Source of the DNA: Chara braunii
Lineage: Eukaryota > Plantae > Charophyceae
Direction: 5' to 3'
Assembly: GCA_003427395.1 (NCBI GenBank)
Contig: BFEA01000013.1
Location: 2,867,584 to 2,931,583 of the forward strand
DNA: 64,000 nucleotides
A program made the translations under genes and the position numbers. The notes under the pieces were generated by a model. It saw only the letters and a program-made list of their open reading frames with translations, did no database searches and was not told where the DNA came from. Below, one piece after another: positions 48,115-62,319 of the stretch. Numbering within the stretch: position 1 is the stretch's first letter; each line of letters starts with the position of its first letter.

Positions 48115-50149
48115 TCTGCAAAAATGTTTGGAATCATTTTGTGTATATTAGTCAATTATGACTTATAGGGTATGCTATACAAGGTCATTTGTTTATGATT
48201 GGGACATGAATTTGTGGTGGTTTGAGATTTGTGAGGATTTGAGACTCGAGGTAATCTGAACTTTTCTTGGGAACCATTTTGGTATGGGTTTTGATTCCCC
48301 TGCGTTGTAGAATCATGCACGTTCTGGTTGTCATTAATATTCTCACCATTGATGCCTTGTGGGTCTTTCTGTGTTTTATTTTAATTGACATATGAGGAGA
48401 AAATAGTTAACAATGTGAAATAAAAGGGTGACAAAAAGTGAATAAAGTATGTTCGTACCAAAAAGGGTTCGATGATTTGAAGAAAGTGTGATTATCAATG
48501 GGATATTTCTGAGAGATTCAAAGAGTCCAGAAATTATATTGAAGTTATAAATGAGAGAGAGGTCATGCCTAAGGGCGGCCTAAGTGGTTATTAGTTTCAT
48601 TTGGACTCATCTTCAAATGAACGATGTTTTAAAGGTCATATGGATGATCCATCCTCAAGTAGGAGGATGGCTGATAATTTTTTGGTTGATTTCCCTTCAA
48701 GTAGAATGAGTCTTAATTAAATTTATGGAATGTTCATCGTTGATTGGGAGGATGACTTAATGAATTTTTTAGATAGTTGATCCTTAAGGGGGAGGATGGC
48801 TTGAGTAATTTTTATGTGTGGCTCATCCTCAAGGGGGAGGGTGACTTGAAAAGATTTTATGGAGCAAGAGTTTTATCCTCGGCCAAATTGGCAACTCTAC
48901 TCTGTTGGTTTTCAACTGTCGTTGAGAGTGATATCCGCGACAGGGAAACCTGTCAAGTTCTGGAATCCTCGTTTGGCTAGAGTGGGTTTTGTGTGTGGCA
49001 GAGGGTCAGAGGGTAAGGAAAGAACCTGTCAGAATTGGCATCCCCGCTTACTTAGTCACGTAATAGCTGGTGAAGTTGACACTGGCAATAGAGAATTTTG
49101 TTGGTTTTATGTCCTTCACTTAACTTGTTATAAGCTGCAAGCGATCTAATGATTCTAATCTACGACGGTGATTTTCATGATTGAGAGGATTAAGTTTTGA
49201 CTAATAGCCGGTAGGAGCATCATCTGCGGTTGGAAAACCCACCTGGTTTTTGGACCCTTCAATCGGCTTTAATTCTGGTTGAAAGTGACGTTGTCAACAA
49301 GTGTGGAATTTTGAGAAGTAAAAACGTTAAGCTTTTATTTTTGGAAGAAAGATTATGAGAGTTTTCTAGCTTATGGGTAGAGTTGACAAAGTGTGTGATG
49401 AAAGCGAAGAACCCTATTTAAAAAAGTGGGAGTTATGGACAAAAGGGATGGGTCTCTTTTATTCTGAAGACTTAGTGAATACCCCAACCCATCTGTTTTC
49501 ATAAATGACTAAAACGAGTGGCTTCTGCGTGACAGAGCATATCCACCACCCGACAGAGGACGATTGGGGTTGCCAGAGGACGGCGGGGGTTGCCGCGGTT
49601 GCACCGTCCGCCAACCACGATCTGCTATGAGAGGTTTGAGTGTGAGCGTATCCGCTGGGACACGTAAGATGGTGAACTACGTCGGTAGCTTGGGGGGGAT
49701 ACGCCCATTCAATTGTGGTGACAACCCCTTTGGCGAACGTAAGTTGTACCTCGCGTGACCCTATCCTGTCGTAAGGGTTCGCGAGAGGTATGGTTGGCGC
49801 ACTTAGCCAAAGCGGCGATGAAAGTTTCATTACACCTCGATAAAGGATAAAGACCTGCCCGAAATCCTGCGTGACACCGTCGGGAGGGTCCCCCTGCGAG
49901 ACCGATACGCTCGACAGCGGCGGGAAGGGTCTTTTGGGTTATCCTGGGTCTGTGGGTCCCCGCCTGTCACCCACTTATTCAGGTGACCCAGGCGTAACAT
50001 TGACGTGCTCGTCACCCACCGAGGCTGACTCACCTAGACCCACCCTCATCCCACCCATGTCAGCTTATCAAGACCTATACCCGACCCAATGCCTCGTGGG
50101 TGGGGTGGGTGTAGGTGGGTGTGGGTCTGGGTACCCGTTGCTCATCTTT

Positions 50150-51580
50150 GAGCCGTGTCGCCACTACTGCAACCTGCATCCACACTATCGTGACAGACGG
50201 AAGAAAAAACTGATTGCAACTCACCACAACCACCTTGGCACGCATTGGGGTCTTGTCGCGTCTATCACACAAGGGCAGATAAGTGTTGTGGAAAGAGCAG
50301 GAAACAAGCCACCTCCGACTCAAGGTGACCATAGTACAGTAATTGGCGAGACCATGGAGAAGTTCGGAGATATAAGACAGTTTCTCTGCAGATCTTGGAA
50401 ATAAAAGATTACTTACAAAGGCACAGACCTCATGGAAAGGGTGGGTCAAGCACGGGGCACCACGGGTGGGGGACCTATGGGACGCAGAGGCTGGGTAGTG
50501 GAAAGGCGCGGATAGGATGAAGCAATGACTGCGGTACTGCCATTGTACGGAGGAGGCTTCGGGGGAATTGATTAAGAGCTTCCTACTGGCATGGTACTCT
50601 ATTCCAAAAAGGGGCACAGTATTGAAGGAAGGAGATTGGGTCGGACTCCCCAGGGGCCCGAGTTCGGTTGGGATGGTGCACATGGTTTCAACGAGGTGCC
50701 CGTCGAGAGATACACGTTGGGGAGGAAGAACATCCTGATAGGGAGCAAACAACCTTTCTTTTGGGTTCGCAAAGATGAGGTGTTCCATATTAGGGTCATG
50801 CAGATCGCGGGGGAACAAAGGGTCTTCTGACCGATGACGTCAATAGCGGACCTGCCCATCGAACCCGAAGAATGACAGTGAAACCCGGGGGGGAGGGGCC
50901 GAAAGAGAGCAAGGACTGCATAACGGTCATTGAGCTTTACGAACATGAAGGTCAAAACGACTTATCGTACGTTGAGTCCCAAAAGGGAGCTTCGGATCAC
51001 AATCTGTGACATGTGGCAACGTCGTCTCAACGTAGATCTGGGTATCCTGCATCCCATCCAATGGTTCGCAAAACCAAATTACGGTCGACTGAGGTCTTGT
51101 CGCTGGAGTGGCAGGTGGCCCACCGATGCCTTCCGACGAACAACGGGCTGATCGACCACACCAGGCAGAAGCAGCAGATGTCAACACTGCCTTGATGCAC
51201 GAAGTTTCTGTGGAGCTACTTGTCGTGAAAGTGGATTGAGACAATCGAGCATCTTTTTTCTGCAGTGCCCCTCGTCAGTCCTATTGTGGGGATGGTGGAG
51301 TAGGATATGGGTGTAGATGATCCCTAGTACCGTTTGGCCATGGGAATGGAGAGCGTTGTTAATGGGACACTGGTCACAGTGTTGGATGACCTGTTGACGG
51401 GAAACCTGTTCCAGGTGGGTAACAAAGGTGGTTAGGCAATCGGTACAAGCAAAAATTATTAATCAGTGGCAGACAGTCAGATAGCGAACGAGTTTCGTGC
51501 ATACAAGGTAAGATGTTGCCAAAGTCGTTACACGTTTCTGCGAAGAATGGTTGAGAGGAAGAAGAAAGGGATGAATGGCA
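50150..51580 (+). pseudogene. 5'-truncated, decayed L1 ORF2 C-terminal fragment
   Basis: FTNMKVKTTYRTL..MWQ, WQVAHRCLPT and ETIEHLF..C (zf-RVT-like) occur in shifting frames. Confidence 0.6.
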
Positions 51581-54500
51581 ACCGTATCTTGGTTAGGGGA
51601 TAACCTCCCAAAAGACAGAGGGGAGGCAGGGGAGAGGAACCTAGATACTACAAGCTTCCTTTTTGAGGTTGGGCTGCGATAGACACCGGCATCCCCCTAA
51701 AACCAACGACAGACTTTCGGAATCCTTTTGGTAATCGTACACCTACTTCTGACTTTAAACTTTATTTGTACGAATTACAAAATAAAATCGTTATAATTGA
51801 TAAACTCCAGTTTATTTAATTTGACAAAGAATTTCCTCTCCCTTTGCAGAAGCTGCCCACCGGCGCGATCACAAAAAAATCATTGACATTAGTACTTCGT
51901 TATTAATTAGGCGGAAATTTCATAGCAGTCTGTGAACTAATGAAAGTCTCCAAAGTTTACTTGCGTTTAACTAATTTCATATGTGCTGCTAACGTTTTTC
52001 TAAGTTTCTCTTTTCCGCTTTTAATTGCTCGTGGGACTCGACTTATCAAAGAATTGAAAAGATAGCGCAAACGCGAAGTTTTGAATTCCTAGTTTTTTAC
52101 AAAACACAAAGGGTATAATGACCAAAATTGTCCAATTTTAGTGTAATTTTTTTATGGTTGTTTTTTTCCCTTACTTATTCATTTCGTGTTGCTTTTTTTT
52201 TTTTTTTTTTTTTTTCTAATATAAGGCGCTTTCATTTTAGTATTCTTTCTTAAACCACCACTACTCCCGATGTCAAAAACCTCGAGGAACCGGTAGCGCT
52301 ATTTCACGAGGGGTACCGGTAACACAGAGTGCAAAGCCGGATGAATGGCAAAAATAAAATTTGCATCAAAAATTGGAAATGCGCTGAATCGGCGTGGCGA
52401 TTATTTCACGATTATTTTTTTTTGTTTTTTTCCTAATAAATTTCTTTGAAAGATGACGATCCAATCTACGAGCCTTAATTGTTTTTCATAATTTTTGAAG
52501 AATTATTTCTGAGCATGAAAAATCGCCGAAGTTGCGGCTTTCAAATGACGGGATTGGACTCGCCGATAACGAATGGTCACCGCCCCTCCGTAAAACCCAA
52601 CCCTAACTCACAGGGTCGAGGGATTTCAATTGTTGGAGGACTGGCGGTGTAAGTGGAAATTGACCACTTGTTTTGAAAACCCTCTGTCCCATTTGGCATG
52701 AATGGTTCACCGATTTTGCGAAACTCTCTCATTCCTAAATGGGATTCCATTTCCAAGCGGGATTAGATTAACAGAATGTCCAACCACAAAATTGCGTTGG
52801 TTATTCTATACCGGAAAACTTTTTTTTCGTTTTCGTGATCCTCGCCAGGTAGGGAGATAACTAATAACACGCGAATTGACGGTGGTGAAGGTGATCAACC
52901 TAAGCACCAATCCAAGGCCGAGTACACCTAGGAAGGGTAAAGCGGACAACAACGGGAAGCACACCCAAGGAAGACAATAACGAAGGAGTGAACAATGAAT
53001 CCGAACGTGGGGAAGGAATGACGGAGAACACAAATGTGAGATGATATTAAAGGTGAACGATGAGCAGCGAAACCCAATGACACTAGACCTTTTGGATGGC
53101 GAGCAAGAGTGTCATAGCGCGCGACCCACATGTGGTTGTAAGCGTCGTACCTGCATAGTCGTGTCACGCAAGAGTGTTTTCTTTGACGAACGAAGGTACC
53201 ACTGCGGTCGTGTGCGCCAGTTACACCTGTCATGGTACCTTGAGATAGAACAACACTTCGTGAGGTACAACTTACTTCTCCCCGAGGGGTTCTCACCACC
53301 CTTAGGTAGGCATATCCCTGATGAGCAACTGACACACTTGCGAAGGTCTTTACTTGCAATCGCAGAGGTAGGTCAATCGATGGACGTTTTCTCGATCACT
53401 ATAGCATAGGTATATGTGCATTAGAATGCCTAAGACTGACCCATATGAGCGTCGGGCTTCGGGCTGCTAATCTCCTTGATCGACTTCTTAACTAAGTCAA
53501 CTTATGTGTCGAATCGTCGCGCTTGCAATAAAATGCTAAGTTATCGTCGTGTTCAGAACTATAACTTATTTTTGAGTGAAGACGGGGGATGTCACTCATA
53601 TGTGAATAATAAATATAATAGCGGTGCATGAGCGACAACATAACGTTCAACCATGGCGAGGTGCTATGTGAAATTCTACAGTGCGCGTCCCCTTGGTGGA
53701 ATGCGAACCCATCGTTCAACTAATAAATCTAAATGAGGAGTATAGTTCAGTCTGTTTGTGCTTGAGAGATGATAAACCCTCTCTTAGGAGAGCGATCCCC
53801 TCAATTTCGAATGTTGAGGAGTCATGACCAAAGCCTCACGCCCACCTTGCAGAGGGGTTTGTGTTAAATTGAAAACATACTCATGATATTTTTTCCTATT
53901 TCAAGCAAAAAGACATTGTCAGAAGTTTAGAACCGTGGTTCTCGAATCAAGTCCCAACACGTTAGACAAAGAATGTGCACAACAGAGGACTCTGAAGAAA
54001 GAGGACGAGAGAAAATGGAAAGGCTAGATGAGTGGCAAGAATGAGACTACCGATACCATAAATCCGAAGACGGGACTCGTGACTAGTGGGATACAAAAAC
54101 AAGTGGGAATGGCAACGAAAAAAGGTCACGATGGTACAAGGACTTAGACTAAACAAAGGGATGAGCGGATAACGGAGCGAGAAATAATTTGAGAGGAACC
54201 TGAGAAAAACGGGTTTCTTGTATTATCGGGAAACAGGGTATCGATGGGCAAAAAGGGTTTGAACAACTTCGTTCCAAAGCCGAAACGTAGGGAATGTAGT
54301 CACACATGACATATTAAAAATGCAAGGGCAACGGAGACCGTTTGCGTACGAAATTATTTTTATAAAGCAAGCGGGCGTCTCCGCTGGCACGACGGTAAGA
54401 TGGCACATATGACAGCAAGATGGATAGGAGTATATCCAATAGGAATGGGACTGTCGTGGGAAAAAAATGACAAATAAAACGAGCAAGTTGAGATGGTCAC

Positions 54501-55384
54501 GCCGTCCACGAGAACTCCATATGGGGGTTGCCGACACGACACCAGGAGGACGACACTATGACAAGGATTGAGTGAGCGGGATGAGAAAATAATAAGATGG
54601 CCTCCCCTCTTAAAAGAGGAGGCCACAACTTAAAATGGCACAAGGATTTTGTGCTACAACAATTGGGGTCAACGAGAGGAAGGGAAATTATGTCATTGTG
54701 CCATCGAAGGGGAGGGCACCTAAGTGCAGCATGAGGGAAGCCTAAGGGCAGGGAGACTAGGGAAATAGGGTATGGGAGGCTGAGGGGTGCAAATGGACTG
54801 CTGAGCACTAGCCATACTAGTGCATATATACAATGAACATAAAAAATGGTAGCCACGTGAGTTTCGAAACAAAATAAGTTATGGTAGGGGTAAAAAACAT
54901 CCGATATCACGGCTTTTAGACCTTGAAATGAAGAAGGGACTTGAGCGGGGGTGCATAAGAACACAAGGGCTCTCATTTTGAAGGGCCCAAGTGCAGTGAA
55001 CCTGAAAAATGTGGTTCTCGTGTTGCCCGAGATAAAACGGTCAGCAAAGGTGAAGAGAAAAGAGCCTAGAGGAAGAACGGGAGAGGTAGGAAAGTGTGGG
55101 AGTGGAAAAGGGGCAATCTACCATATCATGGTTAACTTGTCCCTTCCGAAAAATGCCTAGGTGCATAATACAGGTCTGCATCAAGTCTAGATGCAGTTGG
55201 GATTGAAACGGTGAAAAACGAATAATTGAAGCCCAAGGAAAACACATGTTTTGGATGCATCTTGTCATCGAGTTCACTTTGGAATGAATCGGGCACAAAG
55301 GCATGGGGTTGGGAAGGTTCAGATATAACTTTCAATAAAAGTAGGAGACCGATGGCACCAAGAAATCAAAGTACAGAACTCGAA

Positions 55385-56590
55385 GAGTGTACCCTGCACC
55401 TTCCACCACTTTCTTTCTCCACCTCCATTTCTCATCCACCAAAGCCAAACAACTTCCACCTCGTTCCTCTTCCACCTCTATCACCCATCCGCCATACCCA
55501 AACACCTTGAACCTTCTTCCTCCACCTCCATCACCCATCCACTATAGGTAAGCACATTCCACCTTCTTTCTCCCCCACCTCCATCACCCATCACCCATCT
55601 GCCATAGCCAAGCACCTTCTACATTCTTCCTCCTCCTCCTCCATCACCCATTCACCACAACCAAGCACCTTTCACCTTCTTCCTTCTCCGCCTCCATCAC
55701 TCATCCACCGTAGCCGAGCAACTTCCACCTTCTTCCTCCTCCAACCCATCCACCATACCCGAGTATCTTCCACCTTCTTCCTCCTCCACCTCCATCACCC
55801 ATTTGCCATTGCCAAGCACCATGCACATTCTTTCTCCTCCACGTCCATCACCCATCTGCCCTAGCCAAGCACCTTCCACCTTCTTCCTCTTCTACCTCGA
55901 TCACCCATCCACCATAGCCAAACACCTTTGCACCTTTTTCCTCCTCCACCTCCATCACTCATCCGCCCTTGCGAAGCACCTTCCAGCTTCTTCCTCCACC
56001 TCCATCACCCATCCCCCATAGCCAAGCACCTTTCATCGTCCTCCTCCGTCCCCCATGGCCAAACATGTAACACTCCTTCCTCCTCCACCTCCATCACCCA
56101 CCCACCATAGCCAACCACCTTGCACCTTTTTCCTCCTCCATATCCATCACCCATCCACCATAGCGAAATACCTTTCATGTTCTTCCTGCTCCATCTCCAT
56201 CACCCATCAGCCATAGCCAAACATTTTTCACCCTCTCCCTCCTCCATCTCCATCAACCATAAGTCATAACCTAGAACGTTTAACCTCCTTCCTCCTCCAT
56301 CTCTATCACCCATCGGCCATACCCAAGCACCTTGCACCTTCTTCCTCCTCCCTCTCCCTCTCCCATCCGCCATAACCAAGCACCTTCCACCTTCTTCCTC
56401 CTCCACCTCCATCACTCATCCACCATAGCCAAGCACTTTCCACCTCCCTCCTCCTCCATCTGCATCACCCATCCACTATAGCCAAGCACCTTCGATCCTT
56501 CCTCCTCCTCCTTGATCACCCATCGGCCATAGCCAAGCACCTTGCACCTTCGTCCTCATCCGACTCATTGTCCGTCAGCCATAGCCAGGC
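55385..56590. repeat. Minisatellite with a ~55-60-bp C/T-rich unit, about 20 diverged copies
   Basis: Recurrent caccttcttcctcctccacctccatcacccatccaccatagccaagcacctt. Confidence 0.92.
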
Positions 56591-56689
56591 GCCTTTTTCT
56601 ACCTTGTCCTCCTTAAGGCCTGGGGAATCTCCCTTGGGAGGGGGGATGAGCTAGGTAGGCGTTTGGTTTGAACCTAGTGGGTCTTTCTT

Positions 56690-56747
<58 letters not shown>

Positions 56748-57818
56748 CATCTTTCCCACTCTCTTACTTCCCTCCCTTTCTAATTACCCTCCACCTGCAT
56801 TCCGCCGCAATTTCATCTTTCTTTTCCTTTTTTCAATTTGGCTTGCGGCTAACCCTTCTCCAGTCTCTTGCTAATTGACAGGGAAATGAACAGTGAAAGA
56901 ACTTTGATCCCACTTGGTGGAGAAAAAAAGCAAGGGGAGGGTTGTCGGTCCCTTGTGCCACCAGGAGGAAAAGACTTGAGATTGTGAGAGTTTGCTGAGA
57001 AAAGAAAAAGAAAGGTCAGTTGACTCGACCAACACCCCGAGTGCATGTGGAAGAGAAGAGGCTTGAGAAAGAGAACGAGTGAATAACATAAGGTATGGGG
57101 GGAGGAAAAAAAACAAAGGAAAGGATAAACATACAGAGTGGATTTTGTGTTGACCTCGGAAGGGGTAGTCCTTGTCCACGTTTGTCTTGAATGTGCAAGT
57201 AAGTGATAGAACAAAGTTGTCTTGTTCAAAGCTGGATGTCAGCGAGGCTGGGTAACGAGAAAAAAATTTGACGGAAGGGATGGGTTGTGAATGAAACGTT
57301 TGCTATAAATGATTTTGGTACCCAATGCTTAAAGTGGCATCCCCTTTGTTTAAGATATGAGACTTGAGGAAGAAAAAATGTTGAGTCGGATGAATGTTCG
57401 AGAGAATGAGGGAGTCCAGAGAATGTGTGGGAGGGCCCCTAAAAGGACTAAGGGGAGTATAAAGGGTCAATATAACCAAGTTTTAAGCACATGAAGTATG
57501 CACTTCATGAGTGAGATATAAGCATATTGTCGGTGAGACACCGACTCCGAGAAGCAAACAAGCCGCATAGCCGACCTGAGTGACGGAGGCATTTCCTCTC
57601 AACGGGCCAAGCAAAAACAAAATATACGATGGCAAGAGGTGGGGACGAAGGGCTACCCTCGTGATGTGAAAGAGTCGTGTATACGGTGTCGGGATCGGTG
57701 GGTCCCGAGATAAGTCTTGGCCGTCGAGAGGCGGTATTCCGCAGAATTGTGCACGACCGAGAAAACCGGAGGCAGGAAGGATAGAAAGCATTGAGGTACG
57801 GGCACTAGGAACGTGGAG

Positions 57819-58770
57819 GTTGCCCTGGTCGCCGGAGCCATGGGACCAAGGAAGGATTAGTAGAACGGCGAGCGGCGAGAGACCGCAAAAAAATAGCAAG
57901 GGCGGTCGTTCCCCTAAGAAGGAGAAGGACCGCCAGGAAAGTGTCGCCATGGGTCGCATGAGGCAGGGAGAAAAGACAGTAAGTAAGGTGCCGACGCATG
58001 AAGTTGTAGCCCGGGCCAAGAGGGCCACCGGGGCGCAATGTCAAGAAGGCCAAGGGGCCACAGACCAAGTAAGAACCCTCGTCCAGGGAGAACGGCGTGC
58101 GGGACATGAGGAGGATAAAGGGAAAGAGGCCGCCATGAGGAGGAAAAATGATAAGGTACCGGGGATCACCGGCGGGGCAGAGTGTCGAGGACCAGGGGCG
58201 GGACAAAGTGTCGGGGACCATCGGCGGGGCAAAGTGTCGAGGACCACGGGCGGGACAAAGTGTTGCCTTGGTCGCCGGAGCCATGGGACCAAGGAAGGAT
58301 TAGTGGAACGGCGAGCGGCGAGAGACCGGAAGAAAATAGCAAGGGCGGCCATTCCCCTAAGAAGGAGAAGGACCGCCAGGAAAGTGACGCCATGGGTCGC
58401 ATGAGGCAGGGAGAAAAGACAGTAAGTAAGGTGCCGACGTGTGAAGTTGTAGCCCGGGCCAAGAGGGCCACCGGGGCGCAATGTCAAGAAGGCCAAGGGG
58501 TCACAGGCCAAGTAAGAACCCGCGTCCGAGGAGAACGACGCGCGGGACATAAGGAGGACAAAGGGAAAGAGGCCGCCATAAGGCGGAAAAATAATAAGGT
58601 ACCGAGGATCACCGGCGGGGCAGAGTGTCGAGGACCATCGGCGGGACAAAGTGTCGGGGACCATCGATGGGGCAAAGTGTCGAGGACCACGGGCGGGACA
58701 AAGTGTCGGGGACCACCGGCGGGGCAAAGTGTTGGGGACCACCGGCGGGACAAGTACCGGCGGGACCACT
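57819..58770. repeat. 443-bp tandem duplication ending in ~27-bp subrepeats
   Basis: gttgcc.tggtcgccggagccatgggaccaagg at 57819 and 58262; repeated ggcggg.caaagtgtcg.ggacca. Confidence 0.9.
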
Positions 58771-61700
58771 AGTAGGACTAGTACCGGGGACTAATGTGGG
58801 AAAGTGGCGGGGACTTGTGGAGTCCCAAGGAAAAATTGTGATGTGCTGTGAGGCACAAATAATTAAAGAAAGATGCATCGCCAAGATCAAGGATCTTGAC
58901 GACCAAGAATATTAGCACCACTAGCATGAGCACTAGTGGGAGCAAGCGGGAGGGCCAAAAGAAAAAGCAAAGTAAAAGAACGTGGAAGTAGAGGCATGGG
59001 AGCAATCCGAAAAATCCCGGATTGGCCTCCCCCAAGAAAATGGAACTAGAAGGGACTCCATGAGAAAAATAGGCCTCCCGAAGAAAATCGGAATATGGGG
59101 GCCTACCGTTTGGAAGAGAGAAAGGCAAACGGAGACTCCCTTGGGCATGGAGTGGCCACAAGTGCAGTCCGAGAAATAATGGACTGGCTCTTGGGCATGG
59201 GAAGGGCCAAAACAAAGAGGAAACCTAGAAAAGGGCCTTAACGGCTAGTTGACACTTGGCATGCAAAAAGAAAAAGAAAAAGAAAAGGAAAAAGAAAAAG
59301 AAAAAGAAAATGGGAGGTGAGAGAGGATGAGTGAGTTGGCCATCAGTAGGGACTGCAGCAAGAGTAGAGACTGGCAGGTCCCTACTGCCTACAAGTGGAG
59401 GAAAATAAAAGAAAAGAAAAAGAAAAGAAAAAGAAAAGAAAAGGAAAAAATTCAAAAGGACAGTAACAGTAAAAAACGGACACTTGGGAGATGCATCCGT
59501 GACCAGATTCATTCTGGAATATGGCGGTTACAAAGAACTTTGATTTTCTTTGATTTTTGCAGAGAAAATCAAAGAAAACCAAAGCCCCTTGCAACCAAAA
59601 AATAAGGGATCACCTAAGGGAGGCCAAACACATGTTTTAGGTGCACCGGGAGCCAAAATGGAGACCGGATGCACTTGGAAGTTGGCCACTTCCTTTTCTT
59701 TCAATTAGGGGCTAGTTGTGGGGCATTGGGACAAAGAAAATAGCCCCTACTGCAGTCCGAGTTGCAGCGGACAGCATGGGGAGGGGCAAACACATGCTTT
59801 AGGTGCTCCGGGAGCCAAAATTGAGCCCGGAGGCACTTAGAAATTTAACGCTTCCTTTTCTTTCAGCATGAGGCATGTTGTGGGGCTGTGGGACTATAAA
59901 ATTGGTTGTGACTGCAATCCGAGAAATAACGAACTACATAGGGATGCCTAGGCCAAGTGAAAATGAGCCACGACACGCCCAAAAAACTAGCAAACGGCGC
60001 CATAGGCATAGGGGGGCATAATGACAAAAGGTGACGGCAAGGCGGGGGCCTCGCGGCCAGAAATAACCAGCACGCTTGAGTCACATGAGAATAATAAATA
60101 GGACTGTCGGGGACATGGGAAGCCCTAAATAAAAATTGGGCATCAGCCGGAATGATGTCGGAGACTAAATGACCCCAAATAAAAATTGTGAAAAAATCGG
60201 GATTTGTCGACGGCACCGCTGGCAGGGCGGAAAAAATGGGACTAGCGAGGGAAATCGACGGGGACTTGAGGGGTCCCAAGGAGAATTACAAGCCAATATA
60301 GGGAGTGGGTGTGCGAGGCCAATGGCGCCGTCAAGATCGAAAATCTTGACGGTGGGAAATATTAGCACCACTAACACTAGTGGTGCTAGTGGAGCCCAAA
60401 CGGGAGGACCGAGAATGAAAACAAAAAAAAATGGGTGATGAGAGGGCTGCCCAGCAGTCCGAGATATCTCGGACTAGCTAGGCATGAGAAATTAAGAGCC
60501 CATGGGGATCCATGCAAGGGAAAGGCTGACAAAAAAATAATCGGAGCCAAGGGGGCTCAAAATTAAGACTAACGGAGCAAAATGAGCCCCATAGGAGCGT
60601 GGGCATGCCACTCTGGAAATCTGAGGTATAACGGTCAACAGCCGGCTATGAACCTGGCTATGAATGAGGTTCTAAGGCCTAGAAAGAGAGGGCACAACTA
60701 TTTGACACTTGTCACAATAAAAATAAAAGAGAAAGAAAAGAAAAAGGAAAGAAAATGGAGGGAATGAGACAAAACGGGAGAAAAGGGGGGAGGAGAATGT
60801 GCCGGCCTATTGGGACTGCTGCAGTAGGGACTGGCAAGTCCCAATGATGACCTCATCCCTCCTAGGATGGGGGAGGATAATGCGGATTGTAGTGATATGT
60901 CCCTTGGGGTCATATCTCCACAATATCTGAATTAAAAAGAAGAAAATGAGAAAAAATGTAAAAAAAATATGACCGGTTTATTTTCTAACCATGCATCTAA
61001 GATCAGATCTCATGGAGGAGAGAAAACAGCCGTTCTTTTGTGGGCCAGCATAAAACGGTTAGCTCCGGAATGAGGTGGCAGCCCAAAATGGAAAGAAACA
61101 AAAGAGGGAAAAAAACGAAACTGTGCATATGGTCCAAAAAGAGAGCCAGATGCACCAAAAATTGAAAAATTGAACTTAGGAGCTCAAATTTGAAGCAAGG
61201 ACCACCATAGGGTAGCTCGGAATAATACTGGCCTTGGATCTCAGCCTGGTCTAAGGCTGAAAATGTGCCGCCACGTGGAAAAATGCTCCGGCCTACCCAA
61301 GGGAGGCCAAAATCAGAAAAAATCGAGAAAAAGGGCCTTGTAGGCCTTTTTCTCTCAAATAGGCTACCCCTTGGGCCTTGGACTCAAGGGGGCAGCATTT
61401 TGCAAGTGGTATGAGGCTGGAAAAAGGCCCAAGGAGCAGTCCGAGTTGGTACGAACCACTCGGACTGCATGTACTTGGCCAAAATGAGGCCCAGGTGCCC
61501 CCGGAGAGGCCTAGTGGTGAAAATTGGCCATAGGGGTACCTCGGTTCACTATGGGGCACATGGGGAGACCCATGGGCTGGCTGGACTGCTGTTTCCAGCC
61601 TACATAAGTTGGGAGTTCAGTCCGCCACACTCCCATTTGCATGAGGAGTGTCCATGCTGCCCAAATGTGCCCATGAGAGCACTACACTCACTTAGAGTGA

Positions 61701-62002
61701 AGTGAGGGGAACCCTTGCCAGTTTGAGAGCTTAGAGGAGACTGTGAGCTAGTGTGTAGGACTCTACTAGCTAGTGGTAGTGGGGAAGGTGATCCGCCATA
61801 TCTCCCAGCCTATGAGGTAGAGAGGAAGGCTAGAGGAGGTCTCATTAGCCCTCTTAGAGGGGAGAACTTCATAGCCATAGTGGTAGGAGCTTGTGGCAAC
61901 TTGGGAAGATGAGAGAGGAGGGGGAAGCCATAGTTAAATAAGGAGAAGCTTCATCAAAGGTTGGAACATCAACACCAAGACCAAAGAGAGGTGAGTGGAG
62001 AG

Positions 62003-62003
<1 letters not shown>

Positions 62004-62057
<54 letters not shown>

Positions 62058-62260
62058 CTTTTTCTCCCTCCTCCCCTTCTTCTTCCTCTCCCTCTTCTTC
62101 TTTTCTCTCCTCCTCTACCTCTTCTTCTTCCTCCCCCTCTTCTTCTTCTTCCACTTCTTCTTCTTCCTCTTCCTCTCCTTCCTCTCCCTCCTCTTCTTCC
62201 TCGTCCTCTCCTTCCTCGTCCTCCCCTTCCTCTTCCCCTTCTTCTTCCTCTTTTTCTTTT
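62004..62260. repeat. Poly-T followed by a (CTT/CCT)n polypyrimidine tract
   Basis: Directly visible. Confidence 0.9.
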
Positions 62261-62319
62261 TCTCATTTTTTGTCTTGCCGTTTTGGTGATGGTTAGTGCT
62301 AGATTAACTTTGATATTTA

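Noticed and set aside
52260-52350. Possible HDV-like ribozyme
   Set aside because: The nested double-pseudoknot pairings could not be assembled.
53310-53355. CTGATGA-gcaa..ttgc-GAAG resembling a hammerhead
   Set aside because: GAAA is GAAG, stems I and III cannot form, and the homologous copies near 25400 and 49690 lack CTGATGA.
57483-58915. Overlapping 100-240 aa ORFs on both strands
   Set aside because: By-products of GC-rich tandem repeats with no domain motifs.
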